A stretch of DNA of 64,000 nucleotides, from positions 81,346,001 through 81,410,000 of the forward strand of contig CM052816.1 of NCBI GenBank assembly GCA_028534125.1, read 5' to 3'. Under the pieces are notes generated by a model that saw nothing but the letters and a program-made list of their open reading frames with translations, made no database searches and had not been told where the DNA came from. Positions 27,976 to 42,812 of this stretch are shown piece by piece. How positions within the stretch are numbered: position 1 is the stretch's first letter; every line of letters starts with the position of its first letter. This stretch comes from Lama glama. Taxonomy: Eukaryota. The position numbers were made by a program, and so were the translations under genes.

Positions 27976-30197
27976 GTACTTATGTTATATGTTTAACCAT
28001 AAGTCTTAAGTGATTATTTTTGATAATTATGTATGGTTAATATTCTAACTCTAAAGCCTACAAAGAAGGCTTACATTTTCTCTCCTGTTAGCTTTTAGTT
28101 AACACATACTTCACTAAATGGTCTTTTTTTTTTTTAAAAGGTCTTTGTATTGAGATGTAAGAATTCTATTAAGAAAAATACTATAAAAATGATTATAATT
28201 GTAAATGAAAAATGGGCCAATTGAGCTTTTTTTCAGGAAGGATACTTTGATCTTTAAATAAAACTTTAAATTTAGCTTAAAAGTTTTATATTCAAATTAG
28301 TTGGGATTTGAGAGTAAGATTGAATTTTTATTTCTTTTTTGGCACCTCTTACTTGCTTTTGTAAAGCCTTTATGCAAAATTCTTCAGCTTAAGACAATTG
28401 GTTATTGATTTTCTTAGCTCTTCGTCTGGATCCGTTTTGAGTGTATGAATAGAATTTTTACAGGCGAAAAGGGAAGACTGTAGAGATAATTCAGTTTACA
28501 TACTTGCATTAAAGATGACAGGGTTCTGTCAAATGTATTATTTTTTGGAGCATATAAACAAGAGAAGAAAATTGTCTTGCTCGAATACTAAAAATCCCCG
28601 AAAGAAGTTATTTTAATCTATAATTTTAGAATAAAATTTCTAATGAGACAATTTTGTATATGCTTTATAGAATGTTACTTATTTCTGTATAATCTCCTCC
28701 ATGAAGGTACAGAGACTTTGAGAACAAGAAAGGTGTAAGGAAGTGTCTTTTTCAAAAATGTCAGCTAAAGAAGCAAGCAGAACCATTTTATTCCTTTATT
28801 TTTTTATTTTGTTTTTTGCTGGTTGCTACACCTTAAAATAAGTGATTTAGGGAAGAGTCTGTTTATAAAATCCATTGAGTTCAACTTCTGTCCCATCTTT
28901 GTTTGTTAATAATTTCTCTAAGAGTGTCTGGTTTTTATATAAAATTTTGATAGGCAGTTTGGCGGATAAAAGGCGTATTATTTGAAAAGGTCGGATTTTT
29001 ACCCTGTAGTAGTTTCTTCCAGTTATATCTGTCTCCCACCCCTGCCCAACTTGTGTACATTCTTTTTAATTTACTAGATGAGTGTTGTTTCCTTTTAATA
29101 ATGAATTTTGGGGGTATTTTGAATTAGCAGCATTCCCCAAGTTACACTATGTTAGGGAATATTTTAATGTATGTGGCTAGTAATATGAAACATTTTTTCC
29201 TATTTTGAGTATGATGGGAAACACTTTCATTTTGATTACCTGATTGAGCGAGAGGAGACTGGTAAGGAATGTTTGCAGCAACCCAGGATTAAACATGAAA
29301 GGGAACAAGGATGTTAGTTTTAGTATATACTACTGAGTAATGACTGTTTAGAGGAGATGGTGAGTAGCAAATACAGACCTTAAAAGACTTACTGAAAATG
29401 TGGTACCGATATAAATGGACAGAACATGCCTCTAGGGTTAACAGCAGTATTTAAAATGAGTATATTGGCTGACCATTGATTTGGGGGAGCTGGATGGTTA
29501 CACAAGAACACGCCAAGGGTACTTTTACAAGTCACAGGCAGTGCCTTAAGGGGTTAATGAGCCTCAGAGAAAAATATTGTGAGGTGGTGAGTTACAATCT
29601 AGGTGTAAGCATAAGGAGGGAGAGTAAGTTGGTTCAGATAATGAGGGGCCATGGTTCCACTCCTGTCTCAGCCAGACTTGTGGCCATGGGCAAGCTGGAT
29701 ACCTTAACTTCTCTGAGCTTTTGTTTCCTCATTTCTGTGATAAGGACTTGTCCTAAATAATCGAGGCTCAGACTGCTTCATGGAACCACTTTAGGCTGCT
29801 GCAGATAATCAGAGGAGAATCAAATGGCTAGGTCTTAGATCTTCTTTTGTTTCAAAAAACAGAGTAACTCTACTAGTACATAAAATTTCATTTGGAGAAA
29901 GGATTCTCTTGTTTAAAATTTAGAAAATCATTGTTTTAGGTAGTCTCTAAAGTCCTGCTCTGAAATTCTGTGCTAATCATATCTGTCTTAAAAACAATTT
30001 TTAAAATAATATATGAAAGAGTAACTATCTGGCCCCACTCAAGAAAAAACAAACTCCCCAGCAGTCCTTATTAACCTCCTCCCTTTTTAATAAAGCTGCC
30101 TTTTTCAATTGTCTATATCCAAGACAGTTTTTAATTTCACTATTTTGATGGCTAGTATTGCAATAATACTATTTTTCCTTGCAGAGATGCAGTTTTG

Positions 30198-30330
30198 CTC
30201 ACAGCAAAAAAAAAAAAAGTGACAATGAATATATGTATGTTCATGTATAACTGAAAAATTGTGCTCTACACTGGAATTTGACACATTGTAAAATGACTAT
30301 TACTCAACGAAAAAAATGCTAAAAAAAAAA
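30198..30330 (+). mobile_element. Short L1 3'-end insertion
   Basis: gttcatgtataactgaaaaattgtg-tctacactggaatttga, ending in an A tail; same family as the 54619 terminus. Confidence 0.85.
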
Positions 30331-30883
30331 GATACACAATTTTGGCTATTAAATATTTTAAATAAGCTTTTGTCCAGCGTGACATGGATTCCAGCACAGA
30401 TACTGTGTGAAAATGCATACTGGGTTTTCTCAGATGCAACTGACTTTTCTAAGTCAGTTTTATAAATAAACATGCCTGTTTATAAAGAGTCTTATTACCA
30501 AAGAGTAACTTGGTAACTTTTTTTTTTCTTATATGGCAGATAAATTTTCCCTCCCTCATCTTAATCCTATAGTTAAATAATTTTTTGTGGATTTTTTGTG
30601 TGTGTGTGTGGAATTTGTGGAACTCTTATTTTCTATCCAACAATATACATAAGGAGTAAAAGATACACACTCTTTAAAACTAAGAGCAGTTACCGTATAT
30701 TGATATTTGGGCTATGTATGAAAGTCCTTTGTAAATCAAAGTGTTAGATAAATGTATACTTAAACAAGATACAGACAACCATAGATATATCACATATGTA
30801 GGGAAACCACATGCTCCTGTTCAGTTGCTTTTAAAGTTGTTTAGTGCTCATTTAAAAATTAATATTAAAGATTAGAGAATTGA

Positions 30884-31246
<363 letters not shown>

Positions 31247-31665
31247 TAATCCTTGCTTATATGCCTAATATACATAAAGATAACATCAAATAGTCATTGC
31301 TTAAAGAAGGAAAGCTTGAAGACCTTTTTTTAAATTGAACTAGATCACTTATTCCACCAATTGGAAATTGAGTCATGTGATTGTTTTCCTCATTTTGTCT
31401 TGCTTAAGTCTAGGTTGATATGCCTGTGGCCAAGTCATTTCATCTTTCTTTGCCTTAATTTCCTACCTGGTAGTAGATGAAATACATATCCATATCTGCT
31501 TCACAGATTATTTTGAAAATAATGAGTTTTTAATCTTAAAATGTATTACAAAAAATAAAGAAAAAATAGTTACCACTCTAATTTTATAGTGTCTTTTAGA
31601 CAAGCTTTTTTAAAAAATCTGCATTCTTGAGTTTCCTGACAAATAAATATGCTTTTATTTTGTAG

Positions 31666-31957
31666 GTGGTTAAATTACACACAAAACTTGGTAAACCCAT
31701 TCCTTCAACAGAACCAAATGTTGTTAGCCAAGCTACTTCTTCAACAGCTGTGTCTGCTTCAAAACCAACTGCCTCTCCTTCAAGCATTGCAGCAAGCAAT
31801 TGTACTGTGAATACTTCATCAATTGCAACTTCTTCAGTGAAAGGTCTTACAACTACAGGAAACTCATCTCTTAATAGCACAGCCAACACTAAAGTATCAG
31901 CAGTGCCTGCAAATATGGCTGCCAAGAAAACATCTACACCCAAAATAAACTTTGTTG
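31666..31957 (+). CDS. ZFR: ZFR exon 8 (VVKLHTKLG...PKINFV), GC donor
   Basis: tgtag acceptor; TTG|GCAAGT keeps the frame into exon 9. Confidence 0.92.
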
Positions 31958-32279
31958 GCAAGTACTAAAGATTCTCTGTGATCCTCCTAACTGTTAAAGT
32001 GATGTTTTTCCTCCATTCCAGTACTAACCCTTCTACTTACGCTCTTGTACCAGCTTCTCCTTTTCTGGGGCCTTATTCAATCACATATCTGTATTTTTCC
32101 TTGAATTTTTTCAGTTCTACAGTGGTTTCTTCTCTCTTTACTTTAGTCATCAGGTACACCTGTGTCTTTCATAGTTTTAAATATATATCTTCTTATTCTT
32201 CAGGCTGTTAACCTAGTTCTTATTTTCTCTACTTCTCTATTTCCTGTCCAATCTTCAGTCTCTTGTAGTGTTTCAACTT

Positions 32280-33540
32280 TATGCTTTTCTGAAACTGCTT
32301 TCAGGATTCCCCAAAGACCTAATTGCCAGATCAGTTAGCCAGTTTTCCATTTCATCCTGTTAACCTCTAACATTTGACACAGTTGACTGCTATACCTTAA
32401 AGCTGAAGATGCATCTTTGTCGCTCTATTATATGTCCACTCACCCCTTTTTCGGGTATTTTTATTGGTTTCTTGCCTTCATGTTCACTAAATGCTGGTGT
32501 TCCTAAGATTCTTATTTTGGCTCTCATCTCACTTTACTTAATTACTCAATATGCTTGAATGGTCTCATCTATTCTACTTTGTGTGAAGTGACTTTAAAAT
32601 CATTTGGGCAAACTCAAAACTCCCACTTGAGTTCTAGAACCATATTTTAGATATTTCCTGGTCATTATCTATATAGTTCTGTTGATGCCTACCAATGTCT
32701 CATTCTAACCTGTTATCTCATCACAAAAGTACCATGAAATAATCTCATAAAATTGCTGCTTTTTCACATTGAAAACTTCACTGACATTATTTCTTCTTAC
32801 TCACTGCCTCCTCTAGTTTTTCACCTAGTCCTTTTGTTTCTATCACTACAATGTTTCTCCAGAACGTGTCCTTTCCTCTTCATGGCCACTGCCTTATTTT
32901 TAAGCCTTCAAAACCTCTTCTTTCAGAGCTTTGTCTCTTATTGCATCCATCCTCTCCAAAACCCTTGTCAAAGTCATTTTATTAAAATATGTTTTTATTA
33001 AATTGTGTTAGTCTCCTGCTTAAAATTTTTCTGTGGCCTTCTGCTTGCATAAAGGGGAAAAAAACAGTGTATTCCTTAATTATGTCATCCAGGGCCCTTC
33101 ATAATTTGACCCTTGCCTCGTATATCATCGCCTCTACCTGGATAGTAATTCATACTGAATTACTGAGTTGTCTTTGAATTTACCATAGTCTTTTTAACTC
33201 CATGTTGTTATGCTTTTTTTTTTGGACATACTATTTTTTCTGGTTAGATATGTTCTCTTCTTTCTGCCTAGCCAGTTCATCCTCATTACTCTTCTTTCAA
33301 AGTCCAGCTCAAGTGTCACACCCTTGGTGAAGCCTTTTCTAACTGGATCAGGTTAAAGGGTAGTGGCTTCTTTCCTCTACTTTTCCACAATACTCTATTA
33401 TACTTACTACAGCACTTACCATATTGTTATAATGACTTGTATCTTCCCTTAAATTGTTGGCACCTCAAAGGCAGCTACACTGTCTTATATTACCAGAACT
33501 TAGGACAGTGGCCAGTTCTTTGGCAGTGATCCAAGCATGA
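32280..33540. mobile_element. L2 fragments
   Basis: Typical L2 motifs (catttgacacagttgac, ttcaaagtccagctcaagtgtcac, gtgaagccttttct); approximate. Confidence 0.6.
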
Positions 33541-33853
33541 ATTAAGCTTGTACTCTACCATTTCAGGTACTTGCTATTTACTTTTAGGTACTTGATGTTT
33601 TAAGAGCCATGGTGAGGACAGAGAGGACAATTGGGTGTTGGGAGGTAGAAAAGGGGAAAAAGATACATATTTCATTAATAGGATGAAAAAGGCAAGTGAT
33701 GCATGTGGTTCTTCAAAATTTCTGATCTGTTGTATGTCAAGCAGGGGTTTGACTACTGGTAGTAAAGATCAGAACTTTATCTGAAGTTTTTGTTGTATCA
33801 GGTTATACATTGTACAGAAAGAAAATGACTGTAATTCTTTCATGCTCTTTTAG

Positions 33854-34047
33854 GTGGTAATAAACTGCAGTCAACAGGAAATAAAACAGAAGACTTAAAA
33901 GGAACCGAATGTGTTAAAAGCACTCCTGTCACTTCTGTACAGATTCCAGAAGTAAAGCCAGACACAGTGTCAGAATCAGTCACACCTGCATCTCTTGCTG
34001 CTTTGCAGAGTGATGTGCAGCCAGTGGGCCATGATTATGTGGAAGAG
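33854..34047 (+). CDS. ZFR: ZFR exon 9 (GGNKLQSTG...VGHDYVEE)
   Basis: tttag acceptor, GAG|GTATTG donor. Confidence 0.95.
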
Positions 34048-34839
34048 GTATTGATTTGAAAATACTACGCTATGATATTAGATAAAGGAAAGATGTATAT
34101 CAGTTTGTTACAAGCATGCTTTACATGTAAAATTAAATTATATTCAATTATATTTTAAATTTAGGGTTATTTATGAAGGAATATCAAAGGAATCTTTGTT
34201 GAAGGCCTTTTTAAAAGCCTGCCCTGTAACCTTGCCTAAGTGACAAGTTTTTTTGTTTACTTATCTCTTTCCCTGCTGACATCATCACTGTGATGTGAGG
34301 TAACTTTCCCTTTATTTGGCAGGCATTCTTTTAATGTATCCTTCTATCCTGAACATAAAAAGTAAAAAAAAAAAATTATGAGCAGCAAAAATGTTGACAA
34401 AGAATCAGTATTTCTCTTTCTGAACAATCATGTAGTTTCATTTATAAAATTGGGGTTACTGATTTAACAGATCCTGTTTATTTGATTTCCCAAGCTGATC
34501 AGAAAGCTATTCCTGTTGTACAAGTAAAGGAACTCAGTAAATGGAAGATGAAGGAGCATCAGAGGGGCTTGATAAATACTTGCTGTTAGCAGAAAGACGA
34601 ACATACAATGGCGTAGTCCTTCTCTTTATTTTCACTGTGTTGTGGAACATAAGTTCTTGGAGCTTCATTGTGCACATATGTAACTTGGATGTCCAACAAA
34701 GTTGTGAAGATTAGATGAAATAAAAGTTCCTAGCACAGTGTCTAGCATACAGTTGATTTTTGACAAATATTTATTTGTTCCGTTTTGCCATCAAGAAAAA
34801 TTACATACTAAGTTCTTTATTTACAAGATAGAAAACTGG

Positions 34840-34976
34840 TCACAGTGAAAGAGAATGTAGCAGTGAATGTATGTATGTTCATGTATAACTGAAAAATTGT
34901 GTTCTACACTGGAATTTGATGCACCATTGTAAAACGACTATAACTCAATAAAAAATGTTAAACTTAAAAAAAAAAA
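34840..34976 (+). mobile_element. Short L1 3'-end insertion
   Basis: Same family; AATAAA plus A tail; TSD ACAAGATAGAAA(A/T)CTGG at 34823-34839 and 34977-34993. Confidence 0.88.
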
Positions 34977-35679
34977 ACAAGATAGAAATCTGGGCTATGT
35001 AGTTTGGAAGTAATTCACATGCAATTTTAATTTAAAGTTAAAACTCTTAAAAGAATAAGACTTGATTGTCTTAAAAAAATGTACAGCCAGAACATCTTAA
35101 TTGCTAATAATACTGGTTAAGTAATCCTAGCCTTCAGAGAATTACATTCAGAGCCAATGTTTAAGACTTGCACAATTTGAACTTAGAATTTGTTGTAGAC
35201 TTTTTAATAACATCCTAGTCTACTTGTCTTCCTAACTGGTTGTTCAGTTAGAAAGAAATTGACATTGGTTTTCCATAAGGTAATAAAGCTTGGGCTTTCT
35301 AGAAATAAACCAGAATAATACCTTTATTCATCTTTATCTCCATTTCCAAGAATAGTACCTGGCCAGTAGCAGGTATTCAGTAAATATTTATTAGAGAATT
35401 CAAGGTATCTAATTGCATTTAAATCTAAATGTTTACATGTAAACAGAAGTATTAAAATTAATTACAAAAGCTAAGTACATGCTAACATCCTACGTGCTAT
35501 AGTTAAAAAATTCTAACCTTTATTTCTATAGATTATCCTTTTTTAAAAAGTACAGACATTGCCTCTTTTTTTTTTTTTTCTCACTCCAAATTCTAGAAGT
35601 TATTTACAACTTCAGAGAGAACCTGTGAGGTTTTATGAATGAAATCTTCAGCTGTTAACATTCCTGTTGTGATTCTTGA

Positions 35680-35910
<231 letters not shown>

Positions 35911-36135
35911 TGAGCTCCCACTCTAAGATTGGCATGTCATATCTCACTGAGATAAATTCAGATGTTTGGATTTTATTGATTAGTTTGTTATACTTACATG
36001 AGAACGATATAGTCATATTTCATTATTTCTGGTGACAGTGGCAAAATAAAACTATAACATTGAGCAGTCATTCAAAAGATAACTGCATCAAATGAAGTGC
36101 TTGAAAGAAACGTCAGGTCTCCATTCATTTCCTTT

Positions 36136-36264
36136 GTTTGTTTGTTGTTTGCGGGGAGTAATTAGGTTTATTTAGTTATTTATTGTAACAGAAGTACTAG
36201 GGATTGAACCCAGGACCTCCTGCAATCTAAGGATGCACTCTAACACTTGAGCTATACCTTCCCC
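36136..36264 (-). mobile_element. tRNA-derived SINE (Vic-1 type)
   Basis: Same family; perfect 15 bp TSD CCATTCATTTCCTTT at 36121-36135 and 36265-36279. Confidence 0.92.
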
Positions 36265-36850
36265 CCATTCATTTCCTTTATTTGGCAGAATTCCCAATTA
36301 AAATGAATTTTGAGGTGAGGAATTCTTCATTGAAAACACTGCAAATGATAAGTTAAATCTAAATATCGTATTTAAAGTTTTTAAGTTAAATTGGACTGAT
36401 GAACTAGATTCATGTTTTCTAAACAGAAGTGGTAAAAATTTAAAAAGTCTGTTAAAAGGCAATACTTTTATATGAAGAGAAACTTTTTAACCCCACACTC
36501 AGACACCTAGAATTGTTTATTTACAAACAAAGTAAAATTAAATACTCATCAATCCCCTAAGGATTTCTTTTTATTGATTAGCCCTAAGTTATGTACTTTT
36601 TACATACTAAGTGTATAACTTTAAATTTGGACACTTAAGAATTTGGGGGGTAGGAAGGAAAAAAGAATGTTTATTAACGTATTCTGAATGTTTCCTCTGA
36701 TTCAGCTTATTTACTGCTTTTACTCTTATAGTAGGAAATTTGTAGCTAAAAGCCTCTGTAATGAAAGACTGTGGGATTGTATAATTTAAAGATATGTGTG
36801 GATTGTTGGAGAGGTTGCTGGTTTATCAAATGTCTTGTCTGTATTAACAG

Positions 36851-36996
36851 AAAAAAGTAAATCCAGATTTGCAAGTAGAAGTAAAACCCAGTATTCGAGC
36901 AAGAAAGATTCAAGAAGAGAAAATGAGGAAGCAAATGCAGAAGGAGGAGTACTGGCGAAGAAGAGAAGAGGAGGAACGCTGGAGAATGGAAATGAG
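36851..36996 (+). CDS. ZFR: ZFR exon 11 ([11 protein letters not shown]...RWRMEM)
   Basis: aacag acceptor, GAG|GTAGTG donor. Confidence 0.95.
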
Positions 36997-37459
36997 GTAG
37001 TGTCTTTATTAATACCATGATAAGCGGTTTAGCTTTTCTAGAAAACCTTAGCTATTCTAAGTGTGTGACTCCCATTCAGAGCAATCCAGATTTCTTTACT
37101 GTGCTTTTAGTTTTCACTTCTCAGGAAGGTCTAGGAAAGAAATGCATTAAAATTAGGTTATTGGCTATTCTAATATTTGATTATGTCCTTGATATTAGGA
37201 GTTATGTTGGAAAATGGTATCTTATATATATTAAATATATGAAGGAATAGTTCAATATTGTAAATAAATACCTCAGTTTAGAACAAGCAAAATAGAACAT
37301 TTGGTTACATGATAAAAATATCCTGAATATAAGATTTAATAAATTCTAAACATTAATATTGTGTGGGATTTTGTTTGTTTTTAAGAAACTTCTATTATAA
37401 AAACTTCAGAGGCTACAGGAAAGGAGAAATGAGAGAACATTTCCCAGGAATATATAAAT

Positions 37460-37930
37460 GTTTAGTTTTATTGATATAACTGGCATGGCTTGAAATGGTA
37501 CACATCATATCAGAGTTGTGCAACCATCACCACAGTCAATTTTAAAACATTTTTGTGACCCACAAAAGAAACCAGAAAACCCATTAGCAATCACTCCCTA
37601 TTTCCCCCTCAACCCCTCCCTCTACCCATAGGCAACCACTAATATACTTTCTGTCTCAGTAGATTTGCCTATTCTAGAGATTTTGTATAAATGGAATCAT
37701 AAAATATGTGGTCTTTTGCGTCTGACTACTTCCATTTAATGTAATATTTTCACAGTTCATGTATGTTATGGCATATATCAGTACTTCTTTTATATGGATG
37801 AATAATATTCCATTGTAGGAATGTACCACATTTTGTTTATCTATTCGTCAATTGATGGACATTGTGGTGGTGTTTCCACTTAGGGACTACTGTGAATACT
37901 GTTGCTATGAGTATTTGTGTGCAAGTTTTA
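37460..37930 (-). mobile_element. L1MB-like 3' end
   Basis: gttgtgcaaccatcaccaca...ggcaaccactaat...aatggaatcataaaatatgtgg. Confidence 0.75.
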
Positions 37931-38276
37931 AAATACAACTATGATAATATGAATAGAAGCATAATGTATGTGTATTTTATAACCCACTTTTCATTTACAT
38001 ATAAACTTTTTTCAAGAAATTAAGCTGAGGTTAATGTTATCTTATTTTCCATGGCAGCATAGTATTCTCTTGGATAAATACAGAATTTTCCTTATAACAA
38101 ATTTCATATTGTTAGATATTTAGGTTGTTTCCAGTATTTCCCTATTATAATTATTACACTGACTATCCTTGAGGCTGTGTCTGCAGATCATGATTAGTTG
38201 CTAATAATAAAATCCCAGAAACAAATGTTTGATTGACAGATACCCATACTTTTGCCTCTGCTGAATTGTATTACTT

Positions 38277-38818
38277 AGTGATTCTCAAACTTCTTGGTCT
38301 CAGGACTTTTTATACTCAATAATTATTGAAGACTCCAAAGAGCTTTTGTGTATGTGGGTTATAGCTATCAATATTTACCATATCAGAAATGGAAACAGAA
38401 ATGTTTAAATATTTATGAATGTGTTTTTTAAGTGACATTTAACTATATTTGTTCAAATATAATTGATAATTACAATATTAGGTCACATGTATTTATTAAT
38501 ATAATATGGTGAATAAACATAATATGGTAACTAACTTTCTTCCCCAGAATAATGAGAATGACATTGTTTTACATTTTTGCAAAATTCTTTATAATGTCTG
38601 GTTTAAGGTAGCATGGTTCTCCTATCTGCTTCTGTGTAAAACAGGTTGTGAGAACATGTTTTGCCTATAAGTAACTCCACTATACACTCATAAGAAAATG
38701 AGGATGGAGAAGGCAAATGTGTTGGTATTATTATCAAAGTAATTTTAATATCATGAATCCTTCTGAAGATGTCTCAGGGACCACCTAGGGTCTATGGACC
38801 ACACTTTGAGAACTGCTG
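38277..38818 (+). mobile_element. hAT-Charlie non-autonomous element (MER119-like)
   Basis: TIRs agtgattctcaaa / tttgagaactgctg; paralogous to 12585-13023. Confidence 0.78.
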
Positions 38819-40457
38819 CTATAATTTATTAAAATCTCTGCCAGTGAGAAAGTAAAATATGAAAGCCAGTTTTGTTTCAGTTTAAATTGTTTGTATTACG
38901 GGTAAATTAAATTTTTATTTCATGCTTAACCACTTTTCTTCTGTGAAGAATTGTCTATTCATTTTTTTAACTTAACCTGTTGTTGATTAACTATTAACTC
39001 ATTAAGATGTTACCTTTAAGTAGTCTTTATTGTTATTTATGTATTGATTTTTTTTTAATGTATGAAGTTTCTGTCTTTGTAATGTGCTGGAAATTCTTCT
39101 CTATACCTAGATTATGCAGTTATTTCCTCTTTCCTTGTTATATCAGATATTTTTTAAGCACTTACTGTGTGCCAGGCAGTAGCACATAGAATTTTAAGCA
39201 CCAAGTATGAATTGGTGAACAATGGATAAAGGTCCCTGCCCTTATTTAACTTAAACATCTTTAGTAATAACAAACAATTTGAAACTGGAATGAGTGTGGT
39301 TTTCCAGAGCCTTCAACCTGTTTTCGTTCATTTTCTCTTAAGGCCTAAGTAACATAGAAGCATGGTTCTATCAGTCCTAAGTTGGATGACCTAAAATGCA
39401 CTGAAGAAGTTGTTGGTTTCTAAGTGCTGCTTGAGAAGCATGGTTCTTTCTTTGTTTTGTATTAAATAAATTGGTCTAGTAAAAACTTATTGCTACCAAA
39501 ATTTGCTGTAGAGACATGATTTCTCTTGGGAGTTATTAGTATCCTGGTTTGAAGCTGAAAATGAGGATAGAACCGAGAAGGGAGAGAGTCAGACGGTAAA
39601 AAAGAAATTGGATTCTAAAAATGTTAATCATTAAAGCAGAGGCTACATACTGGCTGCTCATAGTTCAACTTTAGCCCATGGATGCTTTATTTGATACACA
39701 TGGTATTTTTTTTGATGCCAATATGAACCAACGTTTAAAGGTCATAAGATTTCACAAAATCCTGATGACTTTTGGATTACAATCTATATTCCCTTATGGC
39801 AATAATTAATAGCTGCATTGGGGCTCTTGTCTCTAGCCAGAACATGTATTTTCTTCTTTACCATAGCTCCCATCACCCTTATTATGTCCCCAAGAGTGAG
39901 ACCAGATATGAGTTGCTACTTACACAGGCATATGAGTTGTTTTTCCTCATAGTGGAAACATAGTTTTGTCTTTCCCTGTATCAGATGGAGAAATTGAAGG
40001 TAGTCTTAACAGGCTTTCTCTAAGAAAAAGATAGGAGAGAGCACATTTCTTTGGAGACATGAAGAAAATTCCTAAATGTGTGCTTTGGGTCTTTTACTCA
40101 TACACGTTATTTGTCTGGATACATCAGGTAGGCATTTAAGCTTACAGTCTCTCTTCAAGAGGAAGAGGTTGGAAGCAACTCTGAGGTTTCTGGTGCTTGT
40201 TCTTTTAACTTTGTCCTCAGGCTATTAAGTTTTGTTTTGCTTTTCTCTTTTCCATCTCTTTTCACTTGGATTCATTTCCATTTATTTCTAGATGAAAGCA
40301 AATAAAGGTAATCAGATAAAATAGGGGAAAAGGTGTTAGCTAGACTGATTGAGGGGTTTTTTTTTTGTTTCTTTGTTTGCTTTTTATATCATTATCGTTG
40401 CAAATTCCTGGGCTGTATTTTTCTTGCAGGCTTATAGTATCATTCTCTATGTTTCAG

Positions 40458-40620
40458 ACGTTATGAAGAGGACATGTACTGGAGAAGAATGGAGGAAGAA
40501 CAGCATCATTGGGATGATCGCCGCCGAATGCCTGATGGGGGCTATCCTCATGGTCCCCCAGGCCCATTAGGCCTTCTGGGAGTCAGACCAGGCATGCCTC
40601 CTCAGCCACAGGGGCCCGCA
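40458..40620 (+). CDS. ZFR: ZFR exon 12 (RRYEEDMYW...PQPQGPA)
   Basis: ttcag acceptor, GCA|GTGAGT donor. Confidence 0.95.
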
Positions 40621-41624
40621 GTGAGTGTCCGCTTTGTTTACACAGGGGATGAAAGCGTAAGACTGAGTCAGCATTAGAAGGTAACAGTTTGAAGAGATAA
40701 TTCTTAGACCTAATAATCTCTGAATCTCAACGTAAGTTTTTCATCTGATTTAGAATTTTCCCTCCTTTTACAGGTTCTCAACTTGTGTCCTGATATGTAA
40801 GGACTTTAGAGAATTTCCATGAATCTTTCTTACTTTCAGTATAAGCTGCAGGAGGAGAGCTGCTTTTGCCAACTGTTCTTTCACATAAGAGATTTTCTTG
40901 CCTTTGTTGTTCTTTAGATTATCAAGAATAACTAATTTTGAAGGCAACTGCTTTGCATTTCAAAATTATTCTTATTTTCCCATTACCAGTGGCTTAGAAT
41001 TTTTTTTTCCTTCTTCAAATCCAGAGCATAAAACCTACCATTACTTCTCAATTGAGTACAGGGTAAGAGGCAGGTAGTAGTTCAAGATGAGCACACAGTG
41101 GATGTATTAGGAAAACTGAGGAAAGATCTGCATCTTGAGAATTTGTGTTCTGTGAAAGAGGAGACATTTGGGTTACGAGGAATATTTCCTATAAATTCAA
41201 ACTACAGAAAACAAGAGGATTTTTTTTTCCTCCTGTTTCTAGAGAGCACCTAGAAGGAAACAGCAATTTCTGTTTAACCTATTCTTTCTCATTTGTATTT
41301 ACGTAAGATAAGCATTTTCAAAACTTGTTTTATTAAAAGCAAAATGCTTCAGAATCACTGGTTTTTAAAGTTGAGTAAAAAGTTATTTTTATAACCTTAG
41401 ATGGTGGGTTTTATAATTTTATTTGTTTTGAAGCAAAACATGCTTGTATGCATGCATATATGCATACCTACATACTCACTCTTGTTAGTGTAGCTTTGCA
41501 TAGTTTACATTTTTGTTTTTACTGAAATGGAAAAAAAGAGAAGATAGCTTTAAATGAGCATTTTGCATAATTGACTTTCTTATTTAAAAGATATGACAAA
41601 CATATGTATAGCTGAAAATAATAG

Positions 41625-41957
<333 letters not shown>

Positions 41958-42569
41958 TAAATGTTACAGAGACTGAAAATTCTCTGATGTCAGTCTGCAT
42001 GTCTTATCATGCTTGTGTTAGATATTTGATGTATTCAGCGGGTTTTTGCTAAAAAGAAAAATAAGGTAATTTCATACAATCTCCAGCCTTGTAAATGTAC
42101 TTGTTTTAATTTAATTTAAATTGTTTAAAAACTTACATAAAACAAGTCTATTTTCAAAGCAGCCTTTATAGTTTTCCAGTTGCATTCAGCTCCTATTCAG
42201 TTTTTATTTATTTGTTGCATCTGCCCCATGTTCATCTCACCCATGTTTTAGCAACTTCTTTTTCGTTAATACATTGACCATAAACATGAATAAGCCCAAG
42301 CTTTAGCAACAACTTTCGTATCAAGTTTGCATTACGATCTAATAACTTTTCATTTTCCTTTTACCATTTGGAAATATTTTTGTGTTAAATTAAACATGAC
42401 TTTCCTTATTCTAATTTGTAAAATGAGACACACATTTATTCCTGTGACAACTTAGCTCTTAATTTATTACCTACCTGAAGGATACTAAAAATATTGAATG
42501 TTTTTATACTGTATCGTGTGTTGAGAGATTATCATGGTTCTGGTTGAGAAAAGGAATGTCATAATTTGA

Positions 42570-42812
<243 letters not shown>

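Noticed and set aside
31596..31961. Antisense ORFs over exons 3, 6 and 8
   Set aside because: Shadows of the coding exons' codon bias
36997..40457. miR-579 hairpin, recalled from a human ZFR intron
   Set aside because: No matching MITE-derived hairpin seen here; likely primate-restricted
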